DNA from: Leotia lubrica
Taxonomy: Eukaryota
NCBI GenBank assembly: GCA_965240495.1
Contig: OZ251267.1
Coordinates: 1,240,001 to 1,304,000, forward strand
Length of the DNA stretch: 64,000 nucleotides
Reading direction: 5' to 3'
Under the pieces are notes generated by a model. The model saw nothing but the letters and a program-made list of their open reading frames with translations. It was not told where the DNA came from and made no database searches. A program made the translations under genes and the position numbers. This document shows positions 1 to 10,414 of the stretch, piece after piece. How positions within the stretch are numbered: position 1 is the first letter of the stretch; the number at the start of each line of letters is the position of its first letter.

Positions 1-536
1 ATCAGCTTACCTCTATTCTTGTACTTGACACACTTAACACCTGTCAGCTTACTTGACATCTTGACGCCTTGTCAGCTTACTTGGCACCTCATCAGTTTAC
101 TTGACACCTTGCCAGCTTACCTCTATTCCTGCACCTGATACTCTTGACGCCTGGTCCCATTCTATTATGGGAAAGGGCTATTGGGGGGCCATGTGAGGCA
201 GTAAGGCAATATGTCGCCCTGTTACTAGAGGGGAATCATGTATAAGTAGGGACCCAAAGTCCACTCTAGAGAAGCCAGACTTCAGTTGATTGAATATAGA
301 GCACAAAGTACCAAGACAACCACTCTTCTCCTTCATATACTTTCTTGTGATCCACATACATCCCCTCAACATAAGACAACTCCTGATCACACCTCAGCCT
401 CCAGGACAACTACACACCTCCTCCCTTCACACACTTGTCCCAGAATAAGTAGTCAACTAGCAACACTACTTCTGAGTACCTGGATACCCTGTGGCCTTGA
501 ATAGTCCCCACTTCCCCGACAGCAGTGCCCGTAACA
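1..536 (+). repeat. 3' part of a large solo-LTR-like repeat (family LTR-A), cut by the window edge
   Basis: Ends in ...CAGCAGTGCCCGTAACA. Its last ~300 bp match the 3' ends of the copies at 13377-15342, 52371-54076 and 59472-61438. Confidence 0.8.
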
Positions 537-2860
537 TGGACAAGGGTCTACACTATTTTCCTCCAAAGGCAGCGGCTTCTAGGATCCTGATCGCTATCGC
601 TTGAACTCTGTATTGTATAGGTAGAGGCGTCAGAGTCTTTCTGGTGACGTACTGCCTTCTGAACCATCCGGGAATCGAGCGCAAAGAACTTTATCGTGGC
701 GTTCTTACCTAGAAATAGGAGAACAAAACAGGCTTCACTTGGGCCGCATACTGGGCATAAGTCTGAATCTTTGAATAACTGTATACATAACAAATGCACA
801 AATCCGATAGACTGGCCACGGTCCGGTCCGGTCCGGACTGTGGACTTTTTTGGAGACTGTTTAAAAAGACCGGACGGTACGGTCCAGCACCTTCGAACTA
901 CAATTCAATCCAATCTTTTTATTGCTTGAAAATGGAGACCGATAAAAAGACTGGACCGTACAGCCCGGGGCTCTTAGACTGCAGTCCGGTCCGGTCTGAG
1001 AAAAAGCTGGACTGGACTGTAGTTATGCCTATGTACATAATTACAGTTTCGGACTCTGGAAAGGATTATTATAATAATTCTATACTATACTCCTAATATT
1101 AGTTTTATAGTACTAAATAACCCCCATACTTCCCTAAATATACTAATAACGTGGATCATCGGCTTGTCGCGCATATTAGCTTGTCGCGCACTTTCCCACT
1201 ACGCCGCTATTTCCACGATGAATTGTACAACCAGAAGTCGCTCAAATTAATTAAAACTAATTAAAACTACAACTATTAGCTAATTCTATTGATTTGGCAC
1301 GTTTGCACATTGTGCCCAGGCTCATTACAATTACCACATCGTCGTACCGTCGCCAGCCTTTCCCTATTACCATACCGACTTTCAAGCCTGTCTTGTGCTG
1401 CCTGTTCCCTAGCGTCTCTTTGGGCTAAAATATCCTGCGCATCCTCTACAGATAGTGTGCCTCCTTGGCGGACCTGTGTTCTTTTGGCTCTCTGGCGCTT
1501 GCTAGGTGCCTCATTTGCCTTCTGGAGTGTACAGTTTTCTATCGTCAATAAAGTTACTGAGTGGGCCAGTGCTTCTATTTCTTTCGTCATATGTTTGACA
1601 GCCGAAAAAATTGGTGTTGGGGAGCTTCCTTGGTGACCACTAATCTGAGTTTTGACCAGTGTAGACTGTAAAATAGCTTCGGTCGGGTTGTGTGGTGTCT
1701 GAGAGACCCAAGAGTCGGTATTAGCATTAGGGGGACCTGTTAGTGTTGGTGTCCGCAGCTTGACATTTAGTTTAGAAATAACAGCCTGTGGGTTGAAGGG
1801 AATAAGTCCAGCACCTCGGAAACCACCTGCAACATTTTCTTTAGTTAATGCGGTATTGTATGTTGCGTAAAATGCTAAAAAGAATTCAACTTTGGTAATG
1901 TGGTTAATATGCGCCTGAATGAACTTTTCAATTTCTTTGCCGTATGCCTTTTTTAATGGACTGAAAAAACCAACGTCAAGTGGTTGAGTTAGGTGGGAGG
2001 AATGAGGAGGTAGACAAATCGGGATAATATTGTGTTCTTTGCAGAAATTCTCAAAATCGACCGATATATGACTCTCATGTCCATCTAATACTAACATTCG
2101 GTAACCACCTTTTGTACGCGTTCGAGTATGCTTTTCGAAGTGCTTAATCCAATCTAAACCTGTGTCATTGTCGGTCCAGCCTTTAGCAGTCGGCTTAATG
2201 ACCCAGGAGTCAGGAAGACCGCCTTCCATATACCAATTGGTAAGATGGTATTGGCCCTGAACTAATAGAAAAGGAGACACATCAAAACCATCACCACTAA
2301 CACAAGTGATCACTGTTGCCCATTCCTGATTACCAGGCTGAACTGCTTTGCCTTTTCCACGTCGGTCGGACCGGGTAACAACCATAGAAGGGCAAATCAT
2401 ACCCATCATGAAGCCCGTCTCATCAAAGTTGTAAAAATCACCGTCCTGAATGCCATATTTAGTACGCATATTGAAAACTAATCCGAACCACACATCAATA
2501 AGTGTAGGATTTTCGCAAAGGGCTCGCTGGAAGTCATAGGCACGAGAAAAACACGTGCGCAACTCTTCCCGTCGCTGAGTGAAGCGGTATGGCCACTGCT
2601 TTCCAACACGTCGTGTACTCCGTGATGTAAGAATGTGATCAGCCATTGCACGCACACTATCAATTGAGGGTGGAAATCCTCGTGAGTCCAAGTTTAAAAT
2701 GTACTGAACTACCACCTCTTCTTCTATCTCCGTCAAATTCTGGGCAACAGGTCGGTATTCTTGAGCCGCAGGACGGCCATTCATTCTGTCACGTATGGTT
2801 GATTCAGGTACATTGTAAAGTTTTGCAGCAGCTCGACGGCTTAGATTTTTAGATGTCCGG

Positions 2861-3072
2861 TGTTAGGGGGGGGGGTGTATATCCAGGTGTAACCTACAGA
2901 TCACGGGTCAAGAGGGTCTTGTGGTGGTGTAGATAGATGTATATTATATAGTAGTTGCTAATCCTGTAGGATCAGCCAGGAGTGCGCAGCCTAGAGTTTA
3001 TATCCCTAGTTGCTGCCTCAGGCCACTACATGATTAGGCCTAAAGAGGTAAGGGGGCCTAAACCCCCTTACA
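2861..3072 (-). repeat. 3' LTR of Gypsy-1
   Basis: Direct repeat of 10203-10414, TGTTAGGGG...CCCCTTACA. Confidence 0.95.
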
Positions 3073-3737
3073 CTATCCTCCTCTCCCAGGGTGCTGGTCT
3101 CCAGCTCCTACAGTGCTAGCTACATGAGGTAGGAAAGTGTAAACCTCCTCTGATAGATAGGAAAATATAGAAAAACCTGTCCTAGTGGGGGAAACCGAGT
3201 GAACGATGAAAACCCCCAGGGCTTCGCTGCGTAGCGCCACCGAATAGCCGGCGGGTCGCTTGATGTTCGCGTGCTCTGCCCGCGCCCATAACCTCCTGCT
3301 CGTAGCTTTCGGTCCGGAATATCGATGATCCGCTGGCTACTATCCTCCTCTCTCCCGGGGGCGTCCCGCCCGCGGTTACCACCTGTGGCATGGGGAGTAG
3401 GGCCGTGGCGGCTGGTGTGTGGCTGGTCGCTTCAGTTCTCGGCTCGGTCCGCTCGCTAGCGCCTCGCGTGGGCCAGTATAAAAGGGTAATTTCGTCCCCA
3501 TTTCCTTCTTCTTCTCTACATATCATCCCAACCCGCATGATTCGTGCCTCGCGCTTGCTTCCCTCTTGCGTTGCGTTTCTCGTCTCTCGAACGTATATAT
3601 ATATATCCTCTTCTGATATCTTTATTCATATCATCCCAATACCTATTGATAATTCGGCTCCTTGGGAGTCAGCGACATAGTGAGTTCTCTCCCGGTCTGG
3701 GTATCTGAGATTGGGCTGATGGTCTGTAGTATCACCG

Positions 3738-4748
3738 ATGGCTCCTTCACGTGTGTATGGGCCGCCTGATGCGACTCCGGATCCTGATTTTGAGCGGCGT
3801 CTTTTCCCCGTGAGTTTCTTCTCACGATCTTCCCACTTCTGGAGCTTGTTATTGACTGTTTCCCAGCGTGGCGCCTTCGGTGGGCTATTGCCCGGGCATA
3901 AGGCGATGCCGCTGAAGCGTGCAATTTCCCACTTGTTCCGTGGCGAGGACGAGGAGGATATCCGGTTAGCGAAGCGTGCCGTGAAGGGTATGGGACCTGC
4001 GCGTGACGAGGTGCTCGCCGGTCCGTCTGTTTCTGCGCCGCCTGCTACGAAGGGCAAAGGCAAGGGCAAGGGTAAAGGTAAGGCAGTCCCGCCTGCTGCT
4101 GGTCGGATCTGCCTGAGATGCTCGAAGAGGATACACCTGGATGGGGAGTCCACGACTCGTGGTGTGACGGTACCGGTGGGCTTCCGGTGCGATTTGTCTG
4201 CGTTTCGGAAGTGTTCCTACTGCGCTCATACCCACCATGATTGCGAGGGGGTGAGCTGGTTCCCTGCATTCTCTGGGGCTCGCTGATGTTCCTCATAGGT
4301 GCCTGACAAGTTTGGAGTTATTGTCGATGACCTGGTTTCTCGCCGCGCCGCCTTGGAGGTGGCTACTGGGGTAGGTGTTCCCTGCTTTTCTCTTGAGTTT
4401 GCGCTAATCTTCTGGTAGACTGCAGATGACCTATTAAGCGAAGAAGGTCTGGCTGTCGCTGTGGGCCGGTATGCAAAGGATGTTGAGGCATTTTTGCGTA
4501 TTTCTAAGAGAAAGGGTCTCAAGCATAAGCCAGCGACGGTTGTCGAAGTGATGCTTCTTCAGTATGAGCAAAATGAGCGACAAATAAAGGCGCTAGAGGG
4601 GATTGAGGATGCGTTGCGTATGCGGGTAGGTTGCTCCCTTCTTCCTCTTTTGTCTGGTCTGACTCCTGCTTGTTAGGTGGGGCTCTCCGTCCTTGATCGA
4701 TCGGGGCGGGACCCGCTCCCTGTTCCGGATTCCCCGGGTTTGGAGTGA
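3738..4748 (+). CDS. Spliced antisense accessory gene inside Gypsy-1; ~268-aa protein with a six-Cys zinc-cluster-like motif
   Basis: Exons 3738-3809, 3867-4250, 4299-4370, 4419-4625, 4677-4748 join in frame without stops. Four phase-0 introns of 48-57 bp (GTGAGT/GTGAGC/GTAGGT...YAG with branch sites). TATAAAAG at 3477. Probable 5'-UTR intron 3680-3729. Motif CLRC-x22-C-x7-CSYC-x6-C. Confidence 0.8.
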
Positions 4749-4844
4749 CTGCTTTTCGCTTGTGCCTTGGGGGTGGGGACATGATCTTCTGGGTTTTTTA
4801 TATTTTAGGTGATTTATACCGGGCCGCGTGGGCGTGGCAGATAG

Positions 4845-7800
4845 TTAATTGATCCTTTTTTTTTGATCGCGCCAGTATTCTTTGACCTTCGCCCTTGCGC
4901 CGCTGAGGTGTTCCGCCGGCTCCCAGGTATCGTCTTCGGGGTTATCGAAGCCTTCCCATTTTACCCTGTAGTGCAGGACCCCTTCAGCATCCTTCTCGTG
5001 ATTGAGGACGCACTCAACTTCGTATTCTTGTCTGTTCTCAAACTCGACCTCATCCGGTATAGTGACCGGTCCCTCATATGGGTGGCTGTCGCCGCGCCAC
5101 TTCTCTAGGCGGGAGACGTTGATGACATCGTGTATCCGCCAGGTACTGGGGAGCTTCAGGCGGTACGCTTGCTTTCCGCAGGGTTCGAGTATCTCGAATG
5201 GTCCTACGTACTTGGGCCACAGGCTTCTTTTAGGCCTTTTGATATTGAGATTCTTGCTGGATAGTAACACGAAGTCACCTGTTCCGAATTCAATTGGCTC
5301 GTGCTGGGCGTCATAGTATTTCTTCTGTACCGCCATGGCGTCTTTGAGGCGTTTGCTGATCGAATCGCGTGCTCGCTGGAATCGCTCTAGGCGTTCCTGC
5401 AGTCCTCTGATCTTTAGTCCCTTGCTGGCTCTTATCGCCTCATCTAAGCCCGGGTGTTCCCACGAGACTCGGGGCTGCCAGTCTTTATATACCGTCGCGA
5501 AGGGGGGCATTCCAGTTGCGCTATGCTTGCTGTTATTGTATGCAAACTCTGCAAGTGGGAGCAGGCTGGCCCAGTTGTCCTGTTGGTCATTGACGAAGAT
5601 CCTTAAGTAGGTCTCCAGGGTCTGGTTCTGTCGCTCTGTCTGCCCATCTGTTTGTGGGTGGAATGCGGTACTCAGGCGTCTCTTCTGCTTGATGACTGTG
5701 CAGATCTCTGCCCACATCCTGCTGATGAAGACCGAGCCTCTGTCAGAGACTACCCCTTTTGGTACTCCGAATCTGGAGATGACTCGTTCGACGAAGTTGT
5801 CAGCTAAGTCTTCGGCCTTCCATGTCTTTTCGGCTGGTATGTATAAGGACATTTTTGAGAAGCGGTCTACTATCACGAGAATAGCATCGTATACCGCCTT
5901 ATTGTTCCTGCTGGGTGGCAGGTCGGTGATGAAGTCCATGGAGATTTCTTGCCACGGGCCTTCTGGGACTGGCAACGGCTGTAACGTGCCGTAGGGTCGG
6001 TGTCGTCTCGCGTTTGCGAATTGGCACCTGGCGCATATGCTGACCTTGTGGTTAACGTATTCTTCTATGCGGACCCAGTGGTAGTGGCGTTGTATTAGCT
6101 CGAGTGTCCTTTTTTCGCCGAAGTGGCCTGCCAGGGGATCTTCATGGAAGCATGCGAATAGCTCGCTCCGAACCGCCTCATCGTCTGGGACGTAGAGTCT
6201 CTGGAGGTGGTATAGCAACCCGTCTTTACGGAAATGCCATTGACCTTGGTTCAGCTCTTTGTCCTTTCTGCGCGTTGTCCGCTTTTGTATGGCTTCACGC
6301 TTGTGCTGGACGAATGGATCATCTTTCTGTAGTATGGCGATGAGGTCCTTGAGCGGCTTCGTTTCTAGATCTTGCTCTCCCCGGGCATTGTCCACTGTTA
6401 TGGCGCAGATGCGAGCGACTCCTCTGGGGACCCGCTGTCGTCCCAGCGAGGCAGCTAAGTCCTCGCTGTGCACCGTATGCGATTGACTGGGCGGGGCCTC
6501 GTCATTTGAGTTATCGCTGCCTTCTACGCCTGGGGGTAAGCCCCCTTCTTCTTTTGACTCTGCGTGGTTGCGATAGAGTTCCGCCGCAATCAGGCTGGGC
6601 CTGGGGCTTTCTCTGGCTTCTACCACTGGCTTATGGAGCCTGTGTAGGTCTTGAGAAGTTTCCTTCACCCACTTTGCGGCTTCTCCGCTCAGGGGTGTCG
6701 GGCCGATCTGCGCAAGCTTCTTCTGGAGGGTTGGGAGTAGCTGGCCTGCTTGCTCGTTCACCTCATCCATGGAAGGTGCGTAGTCGGGGCATCTCGATGG
6801 CGCATCGGCTGGGTTTCTCTTGCCCGGTTGGTGTGCGATTGTAAAATCGTACCCGGATAGTGCGATGGCCCACCGTGCTTGTCTACCATTAAGAGACTTT
6901 ACGTTTTGGAAAGCCACTAGATTGTTGTGATCAGTGAGCACTTCAATCGTATGCGTAGATCCTTCCAGATAGTGTCGCCACTGCTTAAATGCAGCAACTA
7001 TTGCCAACAGTTCTTGATTGTGGGTTTCGTAGCGTGTCTCCGCCGGGATCAATTTCCTCGACCAGAACGCTACTGGACGCCACTGACCTTCTTCTTGAAA
7101 CTGTGACAGGATCGCGGCAATTGCAAACTTGGACGCGTCCGTCTCTAAGCGTATGCGCTTGCGTAGATCAAAGTGTGCCAATACGCCAGTACCACAGAAG
7201 GATCTCTTGATCCAATTGAAGGCTTTCTCGGCTGTATTAGTCCACACGAATGGTGGCCCCTTAGCGGTTTGCTTCTGCTTGCGCTTTTGGGTCCTTTCCA
7301 TACGAGCCGTCCGGGGAGTCACACCCTCGCCTTCTGGCGTTTCTTCGGATGGGCCCGTATGCTCTACCTCCCGGGCTCTTGATGGCGGGCCCTGCCGAGC
7401 TGGTTGGTTTTGCCCATCCCCGTTCTCCCCTTCCTTGCCACTCGTTTTGAGCAGTTCGGTAAGTGGGCAGGTGATGTGCGAATATCCCTCAATAAACCTC
7501 CTGTAGAAGTTCACGAAACCCAAGAATACCTGGGTGTCATGGACGCTCTTTGGTTGGGGCCATTGGGTCACTGCCTCTACCCTTTTGGGGTCCATGCGTG
7601 TGCCCTGCCTGCCCACTATGAAGCCTAGGAACTCGACCTCTGTTTGGAAGAACGAGCATTTCTTAAGGTTGGCGAAAAGGCTGAACCGCCGGAGTCTCTC
7701 AAAGACTTCTCTGACGTGTCGCCTATGATCCTCTAAATTCTCTGAATATATCAGGATATCGTCAAGGTACACCACACAGATCACATCCACTAGTCCGCTG

Positions 7801-8855
7801 AGGGCTTTGTTGATATAAGCCTGGAATGTGGCTGGGCTGTTTGTTAGCCCGAATGGCATGACGCAGTACTCGAAGTGGCCGTAACGCGTGCGAAACGCAG
7901 TCTTCCATTGGTCCTCTTTGGCGATCGCAATCCTGTGATATGCGTCTTGTAGATTGATTTTCGTTAGGTACTGAGCCCCATTCAATCGATCGAGGATCTC
8001 GCTGATCAGCGGCAGGGTGTGTCTGTTCTTCCTCGTAACCGCGTTTAACGCGCGGTAGTCTACGCATAAGCGCAGCTTTCCGTCCTTTTTGGGAACGAAG
8101 AGGATAGGGGCACCGGCGGGGCTTATGGAGTGTTGTATCCAGCCTCTGTCCAGACCCTTGTTAAGGTATTCCCGTAGGGAGGCTAGCTCCGTCTCCGAGA
8201 GGTTATAGATAGGCCCGAATGGGGGGTCCTTCGTTGTCTCGATGGCGTGCTCCACACCTTTCACGGGGGTTTGCACCTCTGGTATCTCGGTAACTTCTGG
8301 GAAATCCCGTATTAGGGCTTCTTTCTCGGTCTCGCTGTCCGCCGTCGTTGTGGCTGCTATTCGCGTGATCGTGTGTCCCGGGAGGTCGTCCATGACTTGC
8401 CCTTGGCATATCACTGCGTAGATGTGGGACATGCCCTTATTTGCCTCTTCGCAGGCGATCTTCGCGAATCGCTTGGGGGATACTACCTGTAGGTCGTGTT
8501 CCCCGATGCTGTAGCGCCAGTTCCGGCTTTTCGGGTGAACGGCGAGGTCCAGTTCTATCATGCCTGGCATTCCGATCAAGATTGCGTCTCCCTCTAGTTC
8601 TGTGCCGTAGAACACCGTGCGTTGTTCCTGAGTTTTGCCCCAGGAATCGGTAGCCTTCCATTTTACATTGTAGGCTCCGTGGATGTAGGCGTCGCTGCCA
8701 TTGCCCCAACGAGTACTCGTCGGTGGGGGTATGCTTGCGTCCGCTGTCCATCCCATCGCGAGGGCGTAGCGTTGGTCGACTAGATTTGTTCCTCCGCCCG
8801 AGTCGAATATCATGGACGCCGGTATGTATCGGCCATCCTGAGCTTGTATGCTCAC
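4845..8855 (-). CDS. pol: Gypsy Pol polyprotein (protease, RT, RNase H, integrase, chromodomain), probably expressed by -1 frameshift from gag
   Basis: FDSGG protease motif; RLCVDYRALN and YLDD (RT); ETDAS (RNase H); HHCC zinc finger, SMDF/SDRG/QTDGQTER (integrase); GPF motif; C-terminal YEVE...YRVKWEGF...DTWEPAEHL chromodomain. Confidence 0.96.
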   Translation of the reverse strand: MSIQAQDGRYIPASMIFDSGGGTNLVDQRYALAMGWTADASIPPPTSTRWGNGSDAYIHGAYNVKWKATDSWGKTQEQRTVFYGTELEGDAILIGMPGMIELDLAVHPKSRNWRYSIGEHDLQVVSPKRFAKIACEEANKGMSHIYAVICQGQVMDDLPGHTITRIAATTTADSETEKEALIRDFPEVTEIPEVQTPVKGVEHAIETTKDPPFGPIYNLSETELASLREYLNKGLDRGWIQHSISPAGAPILFVPKKDGKLRLCVDYRALNAVTRKNRHTLPLISEILDRLNGAQYLTKINLQDAYHRIAIAKEDQWKTAFRTRYGHFEYCVMPFGLTNSPATFQAYINKALSGLVDVICVVYLDDILIYSENLEDHRRHVREVFERLRRFSLFANLKKCSFFQTEVEFLGFIVGRQGTRMDPKRVEAVTQWPQPKSVHDTQVFLGFVNFYRRFIEGYSHITCPLTELLKTSGKEGENGDGQNQPARQGPPSRAREVEHTGPSEETPEGEGVTPRTARMERTQKRKQKQTAKGPPFVWTNTAEKAFNWIKRSFCGTGVLAHFDLRKRIRLETDASKFAIAAILSQFQEEGQWRPVAFWSRKLIPAETRYETHNQELLAIVAAFKQWRHYLEGSTHTIEVLTDHNNLVAFQNVKSLNGRQARWAIALSGYDFTIAHQPGKRNPADAPSRCPDYAPSMDEVNEQAGQLLPTLQKKLAQIGPTPLSGEAAKWVKETSQDLHRLHKPVVEARESPRPSLIAAELYRNHAESKEEGGLPPGVEGSDNSNDEAPPSQSHTVHSEDLAASLGRQRVPRGVARICAITVDNARGEQDLETKPLKDLIAILQKDDPFVQHKREAIQKRTTRRKDKELNQGQWHFRKDGLLYHLQRLYVPDDEAVRSELFACFHEDPLAGHFGEKRTLELIQRHYHWVRIEEYVNHKVSICARCQFANARRHRPYGTLQPLPVPEGPWQEISMDFITDLPPSRNNKAVYDAILVIVDRFSKMSLYIPAEKTWKAEDLADNFVERVISRFGVPKGVVSDRGSVFISRMWAEICTVIKQKRRLSTAFHPQTDGQTERQNQTLETYLRIFVNDQQDNWASLLPLAEFAYNNSKHSATGMPPFATVYKDWQPRVSWEHPGLDEAIRASKGLKIRGLQERLERFQRARDSISKRLKDAMAVQKKYYDAQHEPIEFGTGDFVLLSSKNLNIKRPKRSLWPKYVGPFEILEPCGKQAYRLKLPSTWRIHDVINVSRLEKWRGDSHPYEGPVTIPDEVEFENRQEYEVECVLNHEKDAEGVLHYRVKWEGFDNPEDDTWEPAEHLSGARAKVKEYWRDQKKRIN

Positions 8856-8878
8856 TTCCCCTTTGAACTGCGTGGCAG

Positions 8879-10156
8879 TTACTGGTCCTTGTGCCGGTGG
8901 TTGGGGGGTGTCGCCGGCGCTTTCTCTTTTCCCGAGTTTTCAACGCCTGCGATTCGGACACTTTTGCCTTTGGCCCGCGAATCACTGGAGTCTTCTTTCT
9001 CTTTCTCCTTCGCATTCTTGCGGAAGCAGACTTTCTCCATATGTGTATTCGTTTTGCAGTATCCACACCATTTCTCTTTTGGCTTCTCTGGTGGGTGGCC
9101 GGCGTTGTCGTTGCCCTTGTGCTTCGCGTTGTTCCCGTCCTGCTTTTTCTCATGGTTAGCATGACATTGTTTCTCGTCGGGTTTGAACCTCTTATTCTCG
9201 GACTGTATTCCGGCGGTGCTCTTTGAGCGGTCACGCTTTCGGTCTGTCTCGAGTTGTTCGATGGCCTTGACTATCTCGTCCCTAGTCTTCGGCCTGTTTG
9301 TACCTATCAGTCGTTCTCGAAAGTCTTCTGGCACCTGCCTCCACATCTGGTAGTAGAGGTAGTTCTCTTCCATCGGTGCCAGGAACGAGTCTTCGAGGCT
9401 CTTCAGGTGTCTATAGAAGTCGACTATCGACCATCTCTTCGGATCCCACTTGGCTTCCTGGTGGCTGTAATAAGCCTGCGCTACGCGTGATTCCTTCGAT
9501 CCTAGTGCATCATACATGGTGTCGACGAACGTCTTCCATGTGATGTCGTCCAGGTCTTCGGCATCGCGTTTCGACATCCAGTGTTTATATGCTTGGGTAT
9601 CCGGCTTCAGTGCTCGGCTTGCGTAGTACACACGCTTGCGGTCCGAGTCGAATATATCCGGGAACGTCTTGTGATCGTCCTCCAGCGATCGGATCCACTG
9701 CCTAAGCTCCTGCGTGTTCTTCCCTCTGTACTCGAGTGTGTGCTTATCGAATCGTGGCCCGTGGCTGCTGGGCTGGGACGATGCGGTGCTTGAAGGCCGC
9801 GTTCGGTCGGCGATGGCGTTGTGCTCTTCCTGTAGCTGTTGAATTCTCTCAAGCAGCCGGTTGTGCTCCTCCAACGCCTTCACACGCTTATGAAGCGCGG
9901 CATTCTCGCCCTCGAGGCTCGATCGAGCCGGGGCTTCGCCTTCGTCGTTTGATTCTCCGCCTAGGGGCTCTGCATCGGGGTCTCCATGCGAAGAGCCATC
10001 GTCGCTGTTGGGCCTTTCTTCATCGTCGGGGCCACCTTGTAGTGTAGCCGTTTCCGTAGGAGTGCCAGCGGCTGTTTCTCTGCTCGTCGCGCGTGTTCCT
10101 GTTGATGGTCCGGCCGTAGTTTTTTCTGGGCGTAAGAGTTTTCTCGAGGACACCAT
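8879..10156 (-). CDS. gag: Gypsy Gag protein
   Basis: 425-aa ORF just inside the 5' LTR, with coiled coil, capsid-like core and CGYCKTNTHMEKVC (CX2CX4HX4C) knuckle. Confidence 0.9.
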   Translation of the reverse strand: MVSSRKLLRPEKTTAGPSTGTRATSRETAAGTPTETATLQGGPDDEERPNSDDGSSHGDPDAEPLGGESNDEGEAPARSSLEGENAALHKRVKALEEHNRLLERIQQLQEEHNAIADRTRPSSTASSQPSSHGPRFDKHTLEYRGKNTQELRQWIRSLEDDHKTFPDIFDSDRKRVYYASRALKPDTQAYKHWMSKRDAEDLDDITWKTFVDTMYDALGSKESRVAQAYYSHQEAKWDPKRWSIVDFYRHLKSLEDSFLAPMEENYLYYQMWRQVPEDFRERLIGTNRPKTRDEIVKAIEQLETDRKRDRSKSTAGIQSENKRFKPDEKQCHANHEKKQDGNNAKHKGNDNAGHPPEKPKEKWCGYCKTNTHMEKVCFRKNAKEKEKEDSSDSRAKGKSVRIAGVENSGKEKAPATPPNHRHKDQ

Positions 10157-10202
10157 GATCGTAAATCGGGCCCGGAAGTCCGCGTAGGAAAAAGGATTAG
10201 AC

Positions 10203-10414
10203 TGTTAGGGGGGGGGGTGTATATCCAGGCGTGACCTACAGATCACGGGTCAAGAGGGTCTTGTGGTGGTGTAGATAGATGTATATTATATAGTAGTTGC
10301 TAATCCTGTAGGATCAGCCAGGAGTGCGCAGCCTAGGGTTTATATCCCTAGTTGCTGCCTCAGGCCACTACATGATTAGGCCTAAAGAGGTAAGGGGGCC
10401 TAAACCCCCTTACA
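10203..10414 (-). repeat. 5' LTR of Gypsy-1
   Basis: Direct repeat of 2861-3072 lying upstream of gag; TATAAA on the minus strand near 10338-10343. Confidence 0.95.

Larger units (their letters stand above)
2861..10414 (-). mobile_element. Full-length Ty3/Gypsy chromoviral LTR retrotransposon (Gypsy-1)
   Basis: 212-bp LTRs (TG...CA) at 2861-3072 and 10203-10414 differing by 3 transitions. 5-bp TSD TCCGG (2856-2860, 10415-10419). Purine tract on the minus strand next to 3073. Open gag and pol. Confidence 0.97.

Noticed and set aside
548..799. Small ORF with HLLC...LCPVC resembling half a RING finger in the presumed 3' region of Gypsy-2
   Set aside because: Extending it across the hAT-0 insertion meets two stops and the Cys/His set is incomplete; not supportable without a family consensus.
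4863..10047. Many plus-strand ORFs overlapping Gypsy-1 gag and pol
   Set aside because: Antisense shadows of GC-rich coding sequence with no coherent splice model, unlike the gene at 3738-4748.
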